32,000 nt of DNA from Clostridia bacterium. Lineage in GTDB: Bacteria > Bacillota > Clostridia > Christensenellales > Aristaeellaceae. Position 1 is the stretch's first letter, and each line of letters begins with the position of its first letter. The notes under the pieces were generated by a model. That model worked only from the letters and a program-made list of their open reading frames with translations, had not been told where the DNA came from and did no database searches. Shown piece after piece: positions 31,801 through 32,000 of this stretch. A program made the position numbers and the translations under genes. The stretch spans positions 1-32,000 of the forward strand of contig JAFYVB010000006.1 in NCBI GenBank assembly GCA_017549335.1. The letters are read 5' to 3'.

Positions 31801-32000
31801 GCATTCTGGCCGCGCTTCGCCCCAAAGCCACCAAAAAAGGCACGATGATGGGCTTTTTGACGCTGGAAGACCTGACGGGACAGATCGAGTGTCTGCTCTT
31901 CCCCCGCATTTTCGAGCGCTACTCCAAATCCCTTGATCTGGACAGCCCCATTCTCATCCACGGACATCTGAGCGTGCGCGAGGATGAGGATACCAAGCTG
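28812..32000 (+). CDS. dnaE: DNA polymerase III alpha subunit DnaE (3' end beyond the window)
   Basis: It is not in the ORF track because it has no in-window stop. The ATG at 28812 has GGGGGAGG upstream, and the frame stays open for 1063 codons to the window edge. PHP domain MAFAHLHLHSEYSLLDGACRIKKL...ITDHGVLYG. The polymerase core includes SMPDIDMDF and LLKMDFLGLRTLT. At the edge the sequence is entering the OB-fold region (..HGHLSVREDEDTKL). Confidence 0.93.
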   Translation, partial: MAFAHLHLHSEYSLLDGACRIKKLPALVKELGMDACAITDHGVLYGVIDFYTACKDAGVHPVIGCEMYLCPDMDDKQFTTREWSHLILLCENETGYKNLMYLCSEGFTRGFYYRPRIDYKLLREHHEGLICLSACLSGDLPKFLLDNRIAEAERYCYQMEEIFGKGNFFIEIMDHGIQEEKIVLPRLIEMSERTGIPLVATNDCHYMRASDAEAQEVLMCIQTGKTLDDENRMRMETDQLYIKSEAEMKKLFPSHEDAVERAHEIAMRCRVNFDFGKVHLPKFPIPEGYTSESYLRKLVEDGLKERYDEFDPVARERMDYEINVISTMGYVDYFLIVWDFIRFAKENGIMVGPGRGSGAASIVAYCLNITQLDPIKYNLTFERFLNPERVSMPDIDMDFCYERRQEVIDYVARKYGHDHVCQIITFGTMAARGVIRDVGRVLGYSYGDTDHIAKLVPMDLGMTLEKALNISTELKTLYDNDPAIRRLIDMSLLLEGMPRHASTHAAGVLITGEPAVNFVPLQTNDQVVTTQFPMGIIEKLGLLKMDFLGLRTLTVIRDTLDLMHDQGIEMKPEMIPMDDPKVYGMISQGDTDGVFQLEGGGMRSFLTNMEPENFEDIIAGISLYRPGPMDSIPRYIAGKRDKTSVRYATPQLAPILDVTYGCMVYQEQVMQIVRDLAGYSYGRSDLVRRAMAKKKKDVMAKERKNFVYGSEEENVPGAVSKGVSAEVAEHIFDEMTAFASYAFNKAHAACYAVVSLQTAWLKYYYPAEFMAAMMNSVVGNSDKVAAYIQYCRKKNIPVLPPHVNSSDRKFTVETNAQGIKCVRMGMSGVKNVGNHAVDAIVLERKLNGVYHSVFDFCRRVNSEHVNKRAVESLIMAGCFDNLNATRLQCMRVFDSAMEANANKRKQNVAGQISLFDFGETMQDAALQDTYPDCGEYPYKQLLSMEKEMTGVYVSGHPLDEYRKELEGLEVNTAYILDLKDRPDSGIDEDGKQVVMGGILAALRPKATKKGTMMGFLTLEDLTGQIECLLFPRIFERYSKSLDLDSPILIHGHLSVREDEDTKL

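Noticed and set aside
28698-31967. Minus-strand ORFs of 601, 144 and 139 aa (28698-30503, 30969-31403, 31548-31967)
   Set aside because: All three are codon-aligned antisense shadows of dnaE. Their translations are featureless (H/G/A/V-rich).
1-32000. Search for CRISPR arrays, tRNA/rRNA genes, IS or transposase genes, integrases, phage genes, toxin-antitoxin pairs and known defence genes
   Set aside because: I found no direct-repeat arrays, no cloverleaf-capable intergenic segments (most gaps are under 150 nt and are taken up by promoters and terminators), and no ORF with transposase, recombinase, nuclease-NTPase or reverse-transcriptase motifs.

Overview
This is a mid/high-50s %GC chromosomal segment that looks like a Gram-positive Clostridia genome. 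The evidence is GGAGG Shine-Dalgarno sites, an LPXTG surface protein, ComEC, a Noc-like ParB, a YlbJ-like sporulation membrane protein and DnaE. An Oscillospiraceae/Ruminococcaceae-like origin is only a guess. Most of the window is housekeeping.

Coordinates 290-19303 carry 17 co-directional minus-strand genes in several transcription units:
- a GT2-GtrA fusion, lepA, prfA, serC, serA and topB, followed by rplS
- a YycJ-like MBL, a CPBP protease, a second MBL, comEC, holA and rsmG
- a Noc-like parB
- an LPXTG protein
- an IT-superfamily permease

The right third (19304-32000) is more accessory:
- an uncharacterised GNAT-like protein
- a three-domain rubrerythrin
- a secreted Cys-containing protein
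- ribokinase
- a three-gene operon of signal-peptide proteins
- a short YlbJ-like membrane protein
- dnaE, which runs off the right edge

The ORF track omits both edge-truncated genes: the GNAT fragment at 2-178 and dnaE at 28812-32000. It also lists many long antisense shadow ORFs, all in the codon-aligned antisense frame. Some track starts are GTG/TTG or upstream extensions.

I see no rRNA, tRNA, CRISPR array, IS element, phage gene or recognisable defence system, so I cannot claim a clear novel system. The best candidates for a second look are:
- the secreted three-gene operon at 23644-27795, whose last member is about 10% methionine, very acidic and almost free of arginine
- a structured leader of about 190 nt with an intrinsic terminator upstream of the permease, which could be an unclassified riboswitch or attenuator
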